Source: the human T2T-CHM13v2.0 reference genome, Homo sapiens. From it: DNA of 64,000 nt. Position numbers and translations under genes: made by a program. The notes below the pieces were generated by a model, which did no database searches, was not told the DNA's origin, and saw only the letters and a list, made by a program, of their open reading frames with translations. Below, one piece after another: positions 1-11,801 of this stretch (positions are counted from its first letter, which is position 1; each line of letters begins with the position of its first letter). The stretch lies in NCBI RefSeq assembly GCF_009914755.1, contig NC_060944.1; one strand, written 5' to 3'.

Positions 1-1306
1 GCTTCAAACCCAGGGCCCGAGGCAAAAAAGCATCACTTCCAGCCGGGGAGTCTGGAAGCCACGCCTTGTGGGAGGTCACACTGGCATCTAGGCCTTCGCC
101 TGCATTGCAGAAGGAGAGCCGGGTCCCCCTCCTGGAGAACGCTGCGTTCCCCAGCCCCACACCGGCTTTGCCACCACACAGGCTTTTGAGGCAGGAGGTG
201 GGTAAGACGTAGCTGTAGACCCAAAGCAACCACCAGCCCTGGGACCCTGCGGGAGAGGAGCACTTTTAGAACATGGAAAAGTGTGGTCATCCCATCATTA
301 GACAGCACACATCCTACATAAATAAAAAGTCGTATGGGGAAGGAGGTTGGGGAGGGAATAAAAAATTGGCACAGACATTGATAGACTGGTTTCCAGTTTC
401 AAGGTAACAGATGCACATCATGAGACCAGAGGAGGCAGAGACAAGGGCTGGATTTGGCTTTTCTAAGCAACATGCGTTCCTGCCCACGGCTGAATGGTCG
501 CTGAGACAGATGGAAGCCAGGACAGGGGAGCCCACCGGGCCCAGATAGGTACAGAGAGCAGAGGCTCCTGTTCTGTCCTCGCCACCCACGAGGGTGACAC
601 TGCTTATAAATGGTGGCCGTGCTCTCCCAGCAAGAAAAAAGCACAACTAAATCCACACTGCACACAGACGCAGACAGAAAGCCTTCAAGTGGCTCTGTTT
701 TCTGCTCCCTGCCTTGCCAGGTCCACAAGCAGAGAGGAGTGTCAGGTGCATGGCCCCACTGTCAGGCTCCCTAGTGAGCTGCGGGTTCAGCAGGAGTTGC
801 CCACTGACACACAGGGGACACCCACTCCTCCCACCTTGGGAGCGGTTGCCCGACAGAGCCGCACTGGGTGCTGGTGTCATCCAGGGACCCCACACACTTC
901 CTTAAATGTGATCCTGCTTCCCTCTGGGCAGCTGCATCCTCTCCTCCTGCAAGATTGTCTGGAAACTTGGCTCTCAGTTTGCTCTCCCTTCTCTCCTCTG
1001 CCTGCCCCAAACCCCTCTTTCTAAAAAAGTGATGCCGTGTTCATGGGGTTATTTCTTGAAAACACTTGGCGGCCTCCATGCTTCTGTTTTCTTTGAGCCA
1101 GGTGGTCAGGAGGGCTTACAAAGAATGCCTGGGCTTCCCCGCAGGTGTCGGCAGATGGGGTAGCGAATGGTCCTGTGCCTCCACCTGCTCCAGGAGGGAG
1201 TCTCCCATCTCTAGGCCTGGCCCCTTCCTAACCCTCCACGTATCCTGTTCTCCAGAGACTTCAGAACCCACTCCTGAGAACAGCGGAGCCAGGCGCTTAG
1301 AGGAAG
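1..1306. other. GC-rich non-TE block, possibly the end of a multi-copy segmental duplication (FAM86/ALG1L/OR7E-type duplicon)
   Basis: No recognisable interspersed repeat, and an abrupt compositional break at ~1307. The family assignment rests on recall of similar multi-copy human sequence only; no ALG1 or FAM86 coding exon is recognised in the ORF track. Confidence 0.35.
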
Positions 1307-1509
1307 ACAAAATGTTATTAATTATTAATAACAAAATGTTATTAATTAATAACAAAATGTTATTAATTATTAATATTAATATTTAACATTAAATAGCAAT
1401 ATTTAATGTTAAATATTAATATTGATATTTAATATTAACTATTAATGTTGATATTTAATATTAATATTAATATTTAACATTAATATTTAATATTAATATT
1501 TAATATTAA
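1307..1509. repeat. Palindromic AT-rich patchwork (three ACAAAATGTTATTAATTA(TTA)ATA units plus inverted repeats)
   Basis: Units at 1307-1330, 1331-1351 and 1352-1375. Perfect 18-bp palindrome at 1337-1354. Perfect 24-bp inverted repeat 1372-1395/1400-1423 with loop GCAA. Confidence 0.9.
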
Positions 1510-1985
1510 TTATTAATATTTAATATTAATATTTAATATTAATTATTAATATTTAATATTAATATTTAATATTAATTATTAATATTTAATATTAATATTT
1601 AATATTAATTATTAATATTTAATATTAATATTTAATATTAATTATTAATATTTAATATTAATATTTAATATTAATTATTAATATTTAATATTAATATTTA
1701 ATATTAATTATTAATATTTAATATTAATATTTAATATTAATTATTAATATTTAATATTAATATTTAATATTAATTATTAATATTTAATATTAATATTTAA
1801 TATTAATTATTAATATTTAATATTAATATTTAATATTAATTATTAATATTTAATATTAATATTTAATATTAATTATTAATATTTAATATTAATATTTAAT
1901 ATTAATTATTAATATTTAATATTAATATTTAATATTAATTATTAATATTTAATATTAATATTTAATATTAATTATTAATATTAAA
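1510..1985. repeat. A/T-only minisatellite, 33-bp unit TTATTAATATTTAATATTAATATTTAATATTAA, 14 copies plus a partial copy
   Basis: Unit starts at 1510, 1543, 1576 ... 1741 ... 1972 (period 33). No G or C between 1479 and 1985. Confidence 0.95.
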
Positions 1986-2061
1986 GGAGAAATTAATGTA
2001 ATTAAAAATAATCACTATGCATTGTTCTGAAATGGCACTCGTGAATTATTTACACGGGAAA

Positions 2062-2080
2062 TGCTGCCCCCTGCTGGCCA
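2062..2080 (-). promoter_or_regulatory. CTCF core motif (TGGCCAGCAGGGGGCAGCA on - strand)
   Basis: Plus strand TGCTGCCCCCTGCTGGCCA; the reverse complement matches the CCASYAGRKGGCRS consensus. Binding is not shown. Confidence 0.7.
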
Positions 2081-3307
2081 CCTTAGGACACTAACACCGT
2101 GCTTTACCTTTTTCCATTTTCTCTCTTTGGTTGGCATTTTTCTTCTTTAAAAAATTTACGTTGATAGGCATTTGCTCATCTCTAGCAGGTACCGTTGGGA
2201 ATGAATTCTGTGCTGTTGTTGCCAATCCTGGAATGAAGTGAGACTCCCCTCCTCAGCCTCCTGACAGAGTCATCTCATTTCTTCTTTGAAAAATTAAAGA
2301 ACGAAGGTAATGTGTTTTATCACAGAATTCGGCTTATACTCCAGTGTGGAAGACAAATTTCTGTTTAAGCTAATACTCTCTGCCCAGATGATTCTTCATG
2401 CTGCTGTATAATTGAGCCAGCTGCGTAAGGGAACATGGATCTGGCTTGTAAATAAGGTTGCTAGGGGAGCTGAATTATAAATGATAGAAAAAGTTAATCT
2501 TTCTCAGGTTAAAAATGTCATAAATCTCTGTAATTAAGGTGTTTCATTTTTTTCCTTCCCAAGTTCAAATTGGATTTTGCATATGGAAAGATGAAATCAC
2601 TTGCATCCATAGAACTTTATCAGGGCTGTGTGAGAATTATCTGAAGAGATACCAAGAAGCACAGCAGGCTTACACATAGGCAGGCATGCACTGTGAAGTG
2701 CTCTTTGTAAATTCTAGAGTGTGGCTTGTAATTTATAACACATATTTTACTTTATTTAGGTTGTAACAACTTGAATCTTCCTTTCCCAATAGCAAGCAAT
2801 TCCAGGCGGGGGATCTTAGCCATCATTTCATTTCTCCGGCAGCAAACAATATAATGCTAAGCAGGGGAATTCTGCTTCATGACTTGAGTTGATGTTACTG
2901 AGCCCTGGAGCACATTTATAGCTGATAAGAAGCATGTAAAAATCCTTATTAAACAATGAGGAAGAGGTGACATGAATGCTGACCTCCTTGGTCTAGAAAG
3001 ACCAGGAATATTGTTGCTGTCCTGTAAGAGTAGTCAATGGTCAAGCATACCTGTGTGCTACCTGAGCAAGAATCAGAAGACAGCCCCCTACCTTGGCATC
3101 CAGGGGTAATCAGCAAGTTACCAACAGAAGTACCACATTTAGATTTCTCCACTATGAGCTGGGATGGGAGACAGAAGAAAACAGCAGGCTTGAGGTCCTT
3201 ATGACATTCTGCTTCAGTGCTGGGGAGTGTCCTCAGACTGTAGCAAAGTAGGGAGGTTTTCATGGTTATTGGATTTCTCAGGATGCTAAACTGTGGTCTG
3301 CTTTTAA

Positions 3308-3679
<372 letters not shown>

Positions 3680-3925
3680 TAATTCTATTTTAGCTTCAAA
3701 GGGTACACATACGGATTTTTGATGTAAGGCTGAGGTTTGGGCTTTGATTTAACCCATCACCCAAGTAGAGAACATGGTACTCAATAGGTAGTTTTCCAGC
3801 CCTTCTCCCTTCCCTCTCCACTTTTGGAGCCTCCAGTGTCTATTGTTGCTAACATATGCCATGAATACCCATTGTTTATCTCCCACTTATAAGTGAGAAC
3901 ATGCGGTATTTGGTTTTCTGTTTCG
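3680..3925 (-). mobile_element. L1 3' UTR fragment (old L1PA/L1PB type)
   Basis: CCCATCACCCAAGTAG...CTCCCACTTATAAGTGAGAACATGCGGTATTTGGTTTTCTGTT, typical antisense L1 3' end. Confidence 0.85.
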
Positions 3926-5531
3926 CACTAAACCATGATCCTTGAAGTCATTTTCCTTTGAATTCCTGCTAGGAATCAGATTTAAACAAGAACAAAAGTA
4001 AAGACCAACATTGATGAACCGTTTATTTCCAAAAATTTGGAAAAGTCTGACAGAATTAGATTAAAAGAACTTTTGGTGACCTATTTATGTTCTGCCTCAC
4101 TGAACACAGTCTGTGAACTTGCAGAATAAGGCAGGTGGGCCCAGGGTCCCGGTCCCACGGCCTGGCCTGACCTCAGAGGCCATGAAGCTAAGATAGCAGA
4201 AGCAAGACAGAATCTTCTCCTTGTATGAGTGCTTCTCTCAATATATCCATCCAGAGGCCACCGGAAACAAAGCATGATGGCATGGGCAGAGGAGCCCCCT
4301 GTGGGGCATGCGAGGTGCTGAAGGTGTGTCCATATGCAAGTCCTCTGTGAGGCAGAGTGTGCGGGCAGTCGAGTGCCCTTCCATCCTCTGAACTGAAAAT
4401 GTCAAGGCATGAGATGGGCATGGATGAAGATCTCCCAACCGCACAGTCCAGCCCCTGAGCAGATAGATGCTCATCACACAGTGGGAACTGCATGTCGCTA
4501 TGCTCCCAGCTGACCTACTGTGGGGAAGAGGGGGAGAATCAAAGAGAAGCCACGTAGTCACAGCTTGGAGAAATACCAAGTTAACTCTGCATCCCTTAGA
4601 AAATGAGTAAATCAAGAAAACCAAAATGTTGCCTCCCTCCTCCACCCCTGAGAAAACACACTTCAGATCTGGGGAAAGAGAATATCATGCAGATATGCAG
4701 AATAAGAGCATGCACTGGCATTTCCTTGCCTAGAAAACCGGCATCCTCAATAGCATGTAAATAGGCATGGCTGTGTAAGCCTGGAGCAGAAAGCTGCGGA
4801 AAGATGAACGGAGATGAAAAGACAGCAGGTGGTACAAAGAGACTAGAGGATAGGATGCAAAGGCAATGCAATGAGATGGAAAATGATCTGCTTGAAATAC
4901 GGATTTCAACAAAGGTCCTTTTGAAAGAAGGACTTTTGCTTGGTAAATAACATGGATAGAACTGCAGGAAGTGAAATCCCTGATGGAAAATTTTTGAGAA
5001 ACCCTCATGGAATGCATAAAATACGGACAAATAGGTATGATCTGTAAGAGGGTGAATGACAGGTGAAGAAAATGAACTGTGAGCTAAAGACATAGGTGCC
5101 CCTGACAAGGTAACATGGGCAACTAGCACAGTTGCCATAATCAAGAGAAGGATTTCTTGAATTAGCACAATTCAAGAATTTTTTTCTTTTTGACAGTGAT
5201 CCCCAAGGAATAATACCTGGAGTCCTAGAACAAAGTTTTATTTAGAAGGATGAAGGGAAATCCCTTCACCCCACAAGCATCCAGAGAGAAAAAGAAGTTA
5301 CTAACAAAAGAATCAAATTCATTCTTCTGCACTAAGGTTTAAATAATACTTACAGTTTTTGGAGAGGGAAGATTATCACAAACAAGCTTCATTCACATCT
5401 GAAAATGAAATGGTCAGACACTCAAAGACATGTATCAAATTTTATTTTTGATACAAAGAAGTTAAGCTGATATCATAGAAATGAAGAGCTCTGGGATGAG
5501 AGAATGGGGAGGGTGGGATAGTAAAAAAGTG

Positions 5532-5690
5532 GGCTGGGCACGGTGACTCACGCCTGTAATCCCAGCACTTTGGGAGGCCAAGGTGGGTGGATCATGAGGT
5601 CAAGAGTTCGAGACTAGCCTGGTCGATGCGGTGAAACCCAATCTCTACTAAAAGTACAAAAATTAGCTGGGCGTGGTGGTGTGCACCTGT
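5532..5690 (+). mobile_element. AluS left arm plus start of right arm, 3'-truncated
   Basis: GGCTGGGCACGGTGACTCACGCCTGTAATCCCAGCAC...; stops at GTGCACCTGT with no right-arm body or tail. Confidence 0.9.
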
Positions 5691-5954
5691 TAAAAAGAGA
5701 GATTATGAATAGTGAAAGGGAGAATTAACCTAAAGCACTGTCATACATTTGTTAATCTAGAGGCATGTATTACAACTAATATTTGTTACCAGGAAAAGTA
5801 TAAAAATTAATTACATGGAGAATTCCAAGGTCTAGTTTATATATTTAAAAAATCAAAAGTCGGGGGGTAGAACATGAAGAAGGAAAATCATTCTAAATTC
5901 TAAATATTGTATATCTGAGGCAGCAGAGTCAAAAGACACATTTCCTCTGTCTCT

Positions 5955-6276
5955 GTGTTGTGTTGTGTTGTGTTGTGTTGTTTGTTGGTTTATTTGAGAC
6001 AGGGTATTGCTTTGTCACTCAGGCTGGACTGCAGCCGTGCAAACATGGCTCATTGCAGCCTCCACCTCCTAGGTTCAAGGGGACCTCCCACCTCAGCCTC
6101 TTGAGTAGCTGGGACTACAGGCATGCATCACCATGGCCAGCAAATTTTTAAATTATTTTTAGATATGGGGTCTCACTATGTTGCCCAGGCTAGTCTTGGA
6201 CTCCTGGCCTCAAGCAATCCTCCTGCCTTGGCCACCCAAAATGCTGAGATTACAGGTGTGAGCCATTGCACCTGGC
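5955..6276 (-). mobile_element. AluJ with (TGTTG)n tail
   Basis: GAGACAGGGTATTGCTTTGTCACTCAGGCTGG...CAAGCAATCCTCCTGCCTTGGCC; J-type diagnostic motifs. Confidence 0.9.
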
Positions 6277-6299
6277 ACATCTTCTTTCTTGATTTGAAT

Positions 6300-7430
6300 A
6301 AGGAATTATAGGTTGAACAATTAAACCAGAATGTAAATGTAATAAACCATTTGAGAAAATAAAGTGAAACATAATACTCTTAATATTTATTCCAATATAA
6401 TAAAATAACAAATATGGCAGGGATTACAATAAAGGTAAGTAGGCTGGGCTCTGTGAAAAAAGATGTATACTTTCTAGCTGCATTAAAACTCAGTATCCAC
6501 GTATGTGCTTACATTCTAGAACAGTTTAATGAATAAAACATTTAAAATTTAGCTTGTATATCAAGAAACAAAACGACAACATAGATGGCAACATTGTTTT
6601 CAAAGAAGTAAAATTCAAGGAGGAAAACAAATAGGTTGACTGAGAAAATATTATAGGGGACATAAACATTCATAAACATTAATATACTGATTAATATTGC
6701 ATGAAAATATATAAAGCAAAAATTATCCAAATAAAATGAGAAATTGAGAGATGATCTTTACAGGATTTAGGAATGTAGCTCTCTGAGCCCTTGATAAGCC
6801 CAGCAAACATGTGACAAAAAACGTCGTAGAGAATTAAAGTCGGATTGAAGTAATTATTACCTTTTTGTGTTGGAAACACACTTTTAAAAATGTTTATAAA
6901 ACATTTACAAAAATCATCAGAATTTCTACAAATTTTTAAATGGGAAACACTTGTCATACTCCCATAAAGCTACAGTAAAACAAGAAATGAATATGAAAAA
7001 TTCTGCAAAAATTAACCAGATATCTAAAAATACTTGTATAAAATTATTGGATCAAAGGAGAAATGAAATTTCAATTTTAAGTTATTAGAATACTATATAT
7101 CTTAAAATTGAATTAAACATGCAAAAAGTACAAATTTACAGACAAAATAAATAATGAACAAGTTATATAACAAAATAAGTTTAAAATAAAAAAGTAATTC
7201 TTGGGAAGCAAAAAAAGAAAATAATAATGAATAATAAATTAATTCATTAGATTTTCATAATCTAGTTCTGTGGTGAAGCTGTTGGCAAATCTCAAGGAAA
7301 GATAAAAATAACAACCAAAAAATAACCCAATGTGAGAAATGATGATATTAACAGAGAATAAATTCCATAATCTGTATCCTAGTAAATGATGAAAACTTCT
7401 GGAAAGACTGATTTGAAGCTGATTCTTGAC
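6300..7430 (+). mobile_element. Highly decayed L1M (ME-type) ORF2 endonuclease-region remnant
   Basis: A-rich strand bias; ATAAACATTAATATACTGATTAATATTGCATGAAAATATATAAAGCAAAAATTATC resembles the L1 EN NIYAPN...MKQKL region. 4600-5500 may be the same old element. Confidence 0.55.
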
Positions 7431-7529
7431 TTCCATGTCCTATGGGATTTCTTGGAGAGAGAGAGTAAGTGTGAGGCTTTGTCCTTGACAGACAGGAGAG
7501 CCTGTGGGGCTGCGGGAGAACTTAAGGCT

Positions 7530-7955
7530 TATATATTGCTGTGTAGCAAAGCACACCCACTTAGTGACTTCAAGCAATGGCCATTTGATTTGCTTATGAT
7601 TCTGCAGTCTGGGCTGGGTCAGCTGGGCAGTTCTCCTGATCTCACACTGGTCAAGCTGACAGGTCATCTGGGCTGGGCTCAGCTGGGATGCTGCAACAGC
7701 CTCTGTCTTTGTCTCCACTAGTTTCACAGTCTTGCTCTCTCCAAGGGGTCTGTCCATCATGGTACCTGAGCCTTGGGGTTTCCCAAAGCAGAAAAGCGGA
7801 AGCTGCTGGCTCTTTTTTAAGCTTAAGCCTAGAACGGGTACAGCATCACTTCCTCCGTATTTAATTGGGTAAAGCTTTTACAAGATCATCCCAGACTTGA
7901 GCAGGGCGAACCACCTGAGGGTATGAACACCTGAGGGCATGGTTCTTGGGGAGTC
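7530..7955 (-). mobile_element. MaLR LTR (MLT1F/G-like)
   Basis: TATTGCTGTGTAGCAAAGCACACCCACTTAGTGACTTCAAGCAA...CTGGGCTGGGCTCAGCTGGG...CAGCATCACTTCCTCCGTATT. Confidence 0.75.
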
Positions 7956-8665
7956 ATGCATGTAATTGAAAGACACAGCTATTCTGGGGGCTGTGAAGGT
8001 TATTTATACCCCAGTGTGGCTTGACCAGCCGAAGTCTATGAGTCTCTCCAGGAAAGAGCTGCAGTGTGCAGGTGCAGTTCGAGCTTTCTGGTCTTGATGA
8101 CCCTGGAGAAAGAGAAAATTGATGTTGGGTTGGATTGTGTGCAGCTTCTCTGGTTGGGTGAAGACTGTGTTTGGCATTTTGAAGCAGAAAAACGTCCTTT
8201 CCATGTTCCAAAATGAAGGTGATGATTTGCCAGCCCACTCCCTGCACATCCTCAGGGAGCAGGAGTCATACATCTTCCCTTGCTGTTGAAGTCATCCTGC
8301 CCCAGACGCCCTAAAAGCCTGATGGGTCTGGATGAGGAGAGGACACACCAGGAGGAGCAGGCAAAGAAAAGTTTCAGCTCCTCCGGAGCCCTTGAGTACG
8401 TGCAGAGCAAGGAAGTCCAAAGCAAGTAATGTAACACTCAGCTCCCCCTGAACTGGTGAGAGAGCTACATGAGAACTTAACAAAAACCACAAATGACAAG
8501 CCCTAGGAGACGTAGCTAGAACACAAAATACTCTCAGGATCTATAGACAGAAGAATGGATTTTTCAATTAAATGAAAATGTTTAACAGATGAAGTGAGAG
8601 ATGGTCACAGCGGATAACTGATATACAGATGTGGGGGACCAGGTAGACATTCTGCAATCCTGTGA

Positions 8666-9019
8666 ACACACGCACACACATGCACACTCACACACATGCA
8701 CACACGCACACTCACACACACATGCACACACACATGCACACTGACACACATCCACGCACACACACATTCACACACATGCACACACGCACACACACATGTA
8801 CACACATGCACATACACATGCATACACATGCACACAAGCACACTCACACATGTATACACATGCACACGTACACACACCCACACACATGCATGTGCAAACA
8901 CATATGCACACACGCACACACACATACACGCACACGTATGCACACAGACGCACACCCACGCACACTCACACGTGCACACACACGCACACACATGCACACA
9001 CACACATGCACACACACAG
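8666..9019. repeat. Compound (CA)n/CACATG microsatellite, ~350 bp
   Basis: Near-continuous purine-pyrimidine alternation; source of the HT-rich and CV-rich ORFs. Confidence 0.95.
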
Positions 9020-9358
9020 AGACACAAAAGCCACAAGGCAATATAAAGAGACCTGAAGAACAAATCCAGGATACCCAATATGTGAATAACAGACCTTCAA
9101 AATGGTAAACAAAAAAGAACCAGTAGAAGAAAAGTCACACTCGAAAATTAAGTGTATGTGATGAGAGGCCAGAATGATTATCCCGGTGGGTCTCACAGTG
9201 GAAGCAAGTGTGAGAAAAACAGTCTGTAACTTCGCTTTGGACATACTCATATTACAAAAGTGTGGCCCCTAAGAGGATATGCTACTGTCCCGTGGGATGC
9301 CAAGCCTTTTGCTCTGTCAGGGTGCAGATTTCAGGTGACATGTATTAGCTTAATGCAC

Positions 9359-10187
<829 letters not shown>

Positions 10188-10188
10188 C

Positions 10189-10425
10189 TGAAGGAACCCA
10201 GGGAACTTCACCCAAAAATATGGCTCCCTAGTATAGTGAGTATTTTGAATTGAAAATCCTTAGAGATCAACAGAGGCCGAGAGAGTTTTCCCTTATCTGC
10301 ATAAAGACCGACCCCCAAGGAGAACAGTTGCTTTCCTTCTCCTCCCTGTTATCTCCTTATCCACTGCAGAAAAGAATCCCGAGGAATACCGCCTCGCCTG
10401 AGCAGGCCCTTTGGCCCTCTAAGTA
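10189..10425 (+). mobile_element. Second ERV1-class LTR 5' fragment (MER34/39-like start)
   Basis: TGAAGGAACCCAGGGAACTTCACCCAAAAATATGGCTCCCTAGTATAGTGAGTATTTTGAATTG. Confidence 0.55.
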
Positions 10426-10429
10426 TGCC

Positions 10430-10601
10430 ATCCGTCCCCTTGACAACCAGGCCCCCTCCTGAGGCGGTCCGGGGTCAATCACCACATTCGCATAGAAACA
10501 GACACTTGTCACTTTGGAGACTCCAAGCTTTTTAGGAGCTGTGTGCCAGGGAGCAGGACAAAAACCAAATATATATTTCTTATCATAAATCACAATGTCA
10601 T
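10430..10601 (-). mobile_element. MER21-like LTR 5' fragment
   Basis: TTTTAGGAGCTGTGTGCCAGGGAGCAGGACAAAAACCAAATATATATTTCTTATCATAAATCACAATGTCA is the reverse complement of the recalled MER21 start. Confidence 0.7.
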
Positions 10602-10857
10602 ACTACCGTCTATTCATCCCTCCCCTCGGGACAGATAAGCTTGTCAGTTATCCTTTGGGTGGCTTACAGAAACATCTAACCCCACAGGGATGTTCTAAGA
10701 GGCTGACACATAAGAAAGGTAGAGGACATCCATCAGCTGTGCCTACTTAGGGCTCAAGCAGACCTGGTTATATTGCAGTCATTTCTGTCAACAAGAGCCT
10801 CCTGTGGCCCTGATGCTACGTAGCCTTAAAAATACTCTGCCCTGGAAGTAGACCCCT

Positions 10858-11239
10858 TTACCAGCCCAGCAGACCAAAGCAAAATGAAGTCACTCATGCT
10901 AAAGTTCCATGTCACCAAACCAAAACTAAGCTACTTGACCTTCTGAGAAATCAGGAGAGAGAAATATAACCAAAGAGGCCAGCTTTAGCTGGCACAATAA
11001 GGAAGTCTGTCCTGCGTTAACTCTCACAAAGAAGTAACCTAATGCTATTAATTGATCAGTTATTTTTCTATGGTTTTGTTTCCTTGTTTTCCCCTTAGAA
11101 AACTCACTGTTCTGCTACTGGTTGGTGGAAGCTTTCAAGCTTTCATTTTATTTTGTAGGATGGAGGCTGCCCTGATTCACGAATCACACATAAAAGCCAA
11201 ATAAGATCTTTAAATTTGTTGTGATTTTGTCTTTTGACA
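10858..11239 (+). mobile_element. ERV1 (MER4-group) LTR
   Basis: CAGACCAAAGCAAAATGAAGTCACTCATGCTAAAG...ATAAAAGCCAAATAAGATCTTTAAATTTGTTGTGATTTTGTCTTTTGACA. Confidence 0.65.
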
Positions 11240-11241
11240 CA

Positions 11242-11747
11242 ACTGTGGTTATTTATTCTGCTCATGAATTTGAAGATTGCAGGGCTTGGTGGAGAGAGCT
11301 TGCCTTGCTCTCTGGGGCACCCTCTGGGGCAGACCCCTGGAGGGTAGAGGAACTGCTTCGGAGATGTCTTACTCTGGGGCTGAAGTGTGGTTCCAGTCGT
11401 TGTCGGGGAGGGCAGCAAGGGCGGTGGGCCCCAGGTTTTGGTTTCTCTCCACACGGGGCCTTCTCCAAGGTCTGCCTGGGCTTTCTCACAGCACGGTGTC
11501 TGGTTCCAGGAGTAACGTCCCAAGAGAACAAAGAGGAAGAACCGAGAATTTCCATGATCTGGTCTCAGGGGTCACAGGGCTTCACTTTGCTCTACTCTGT
11601 GTTGAGGCAGTCAAAGAGGTCTACTCTGATTCAGAGGAGGGGACACAGCCCTGATATCTTGGTGTCACAGATGACCTGTCACTGTGTAAGGAGATTGTGG
11701 GGGATGAGAGATATTGATGGCGCCATCTTTGGAAAATCCAATCTGCC
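11242..11747 (-). mobile_element. MaLR LTR (MLT1F/H-like)
   Basis: ATTTATTCTGCTCATGAATTTG...GCCATCTTTGGAAAATCCAATCTGCCA, antisense MLT1 pattern. Confidence 0.7.
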
Positions 11748-11801
11748 AAAACTCTCCTGGGAAGTGATGACTTCCAAAACTCTCCTGGGAAGTGATGACT
11801 T
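11746..11801. repeat. Perfect 28-bp tandem duplication
   Basis: CCAAAACTCTCCTGGGAAGTGATGACTT at 11746-11773 and 11774-11801. Confidence 0.95.

Noticed and set aside
1510-1985. CRISPR-like array or a classical single-centre PATRR
   Set aside because: No unique spacers and a eukaryotic context. The unit is not its own reverse complement, so the array is a direct tandem of short palindromes rather than one long palindrome.
4596-5168. 190-aa minus-strand ORF
   Set aside because: Antisense of A-rich decayed L1-like sequence; the F/S/L bias is compositional.
8582-9250. Several 60-157 aa ORFs rich in CV or HT
   Set aside because: Translations of the CA/TG microsatellite; no coding signal.
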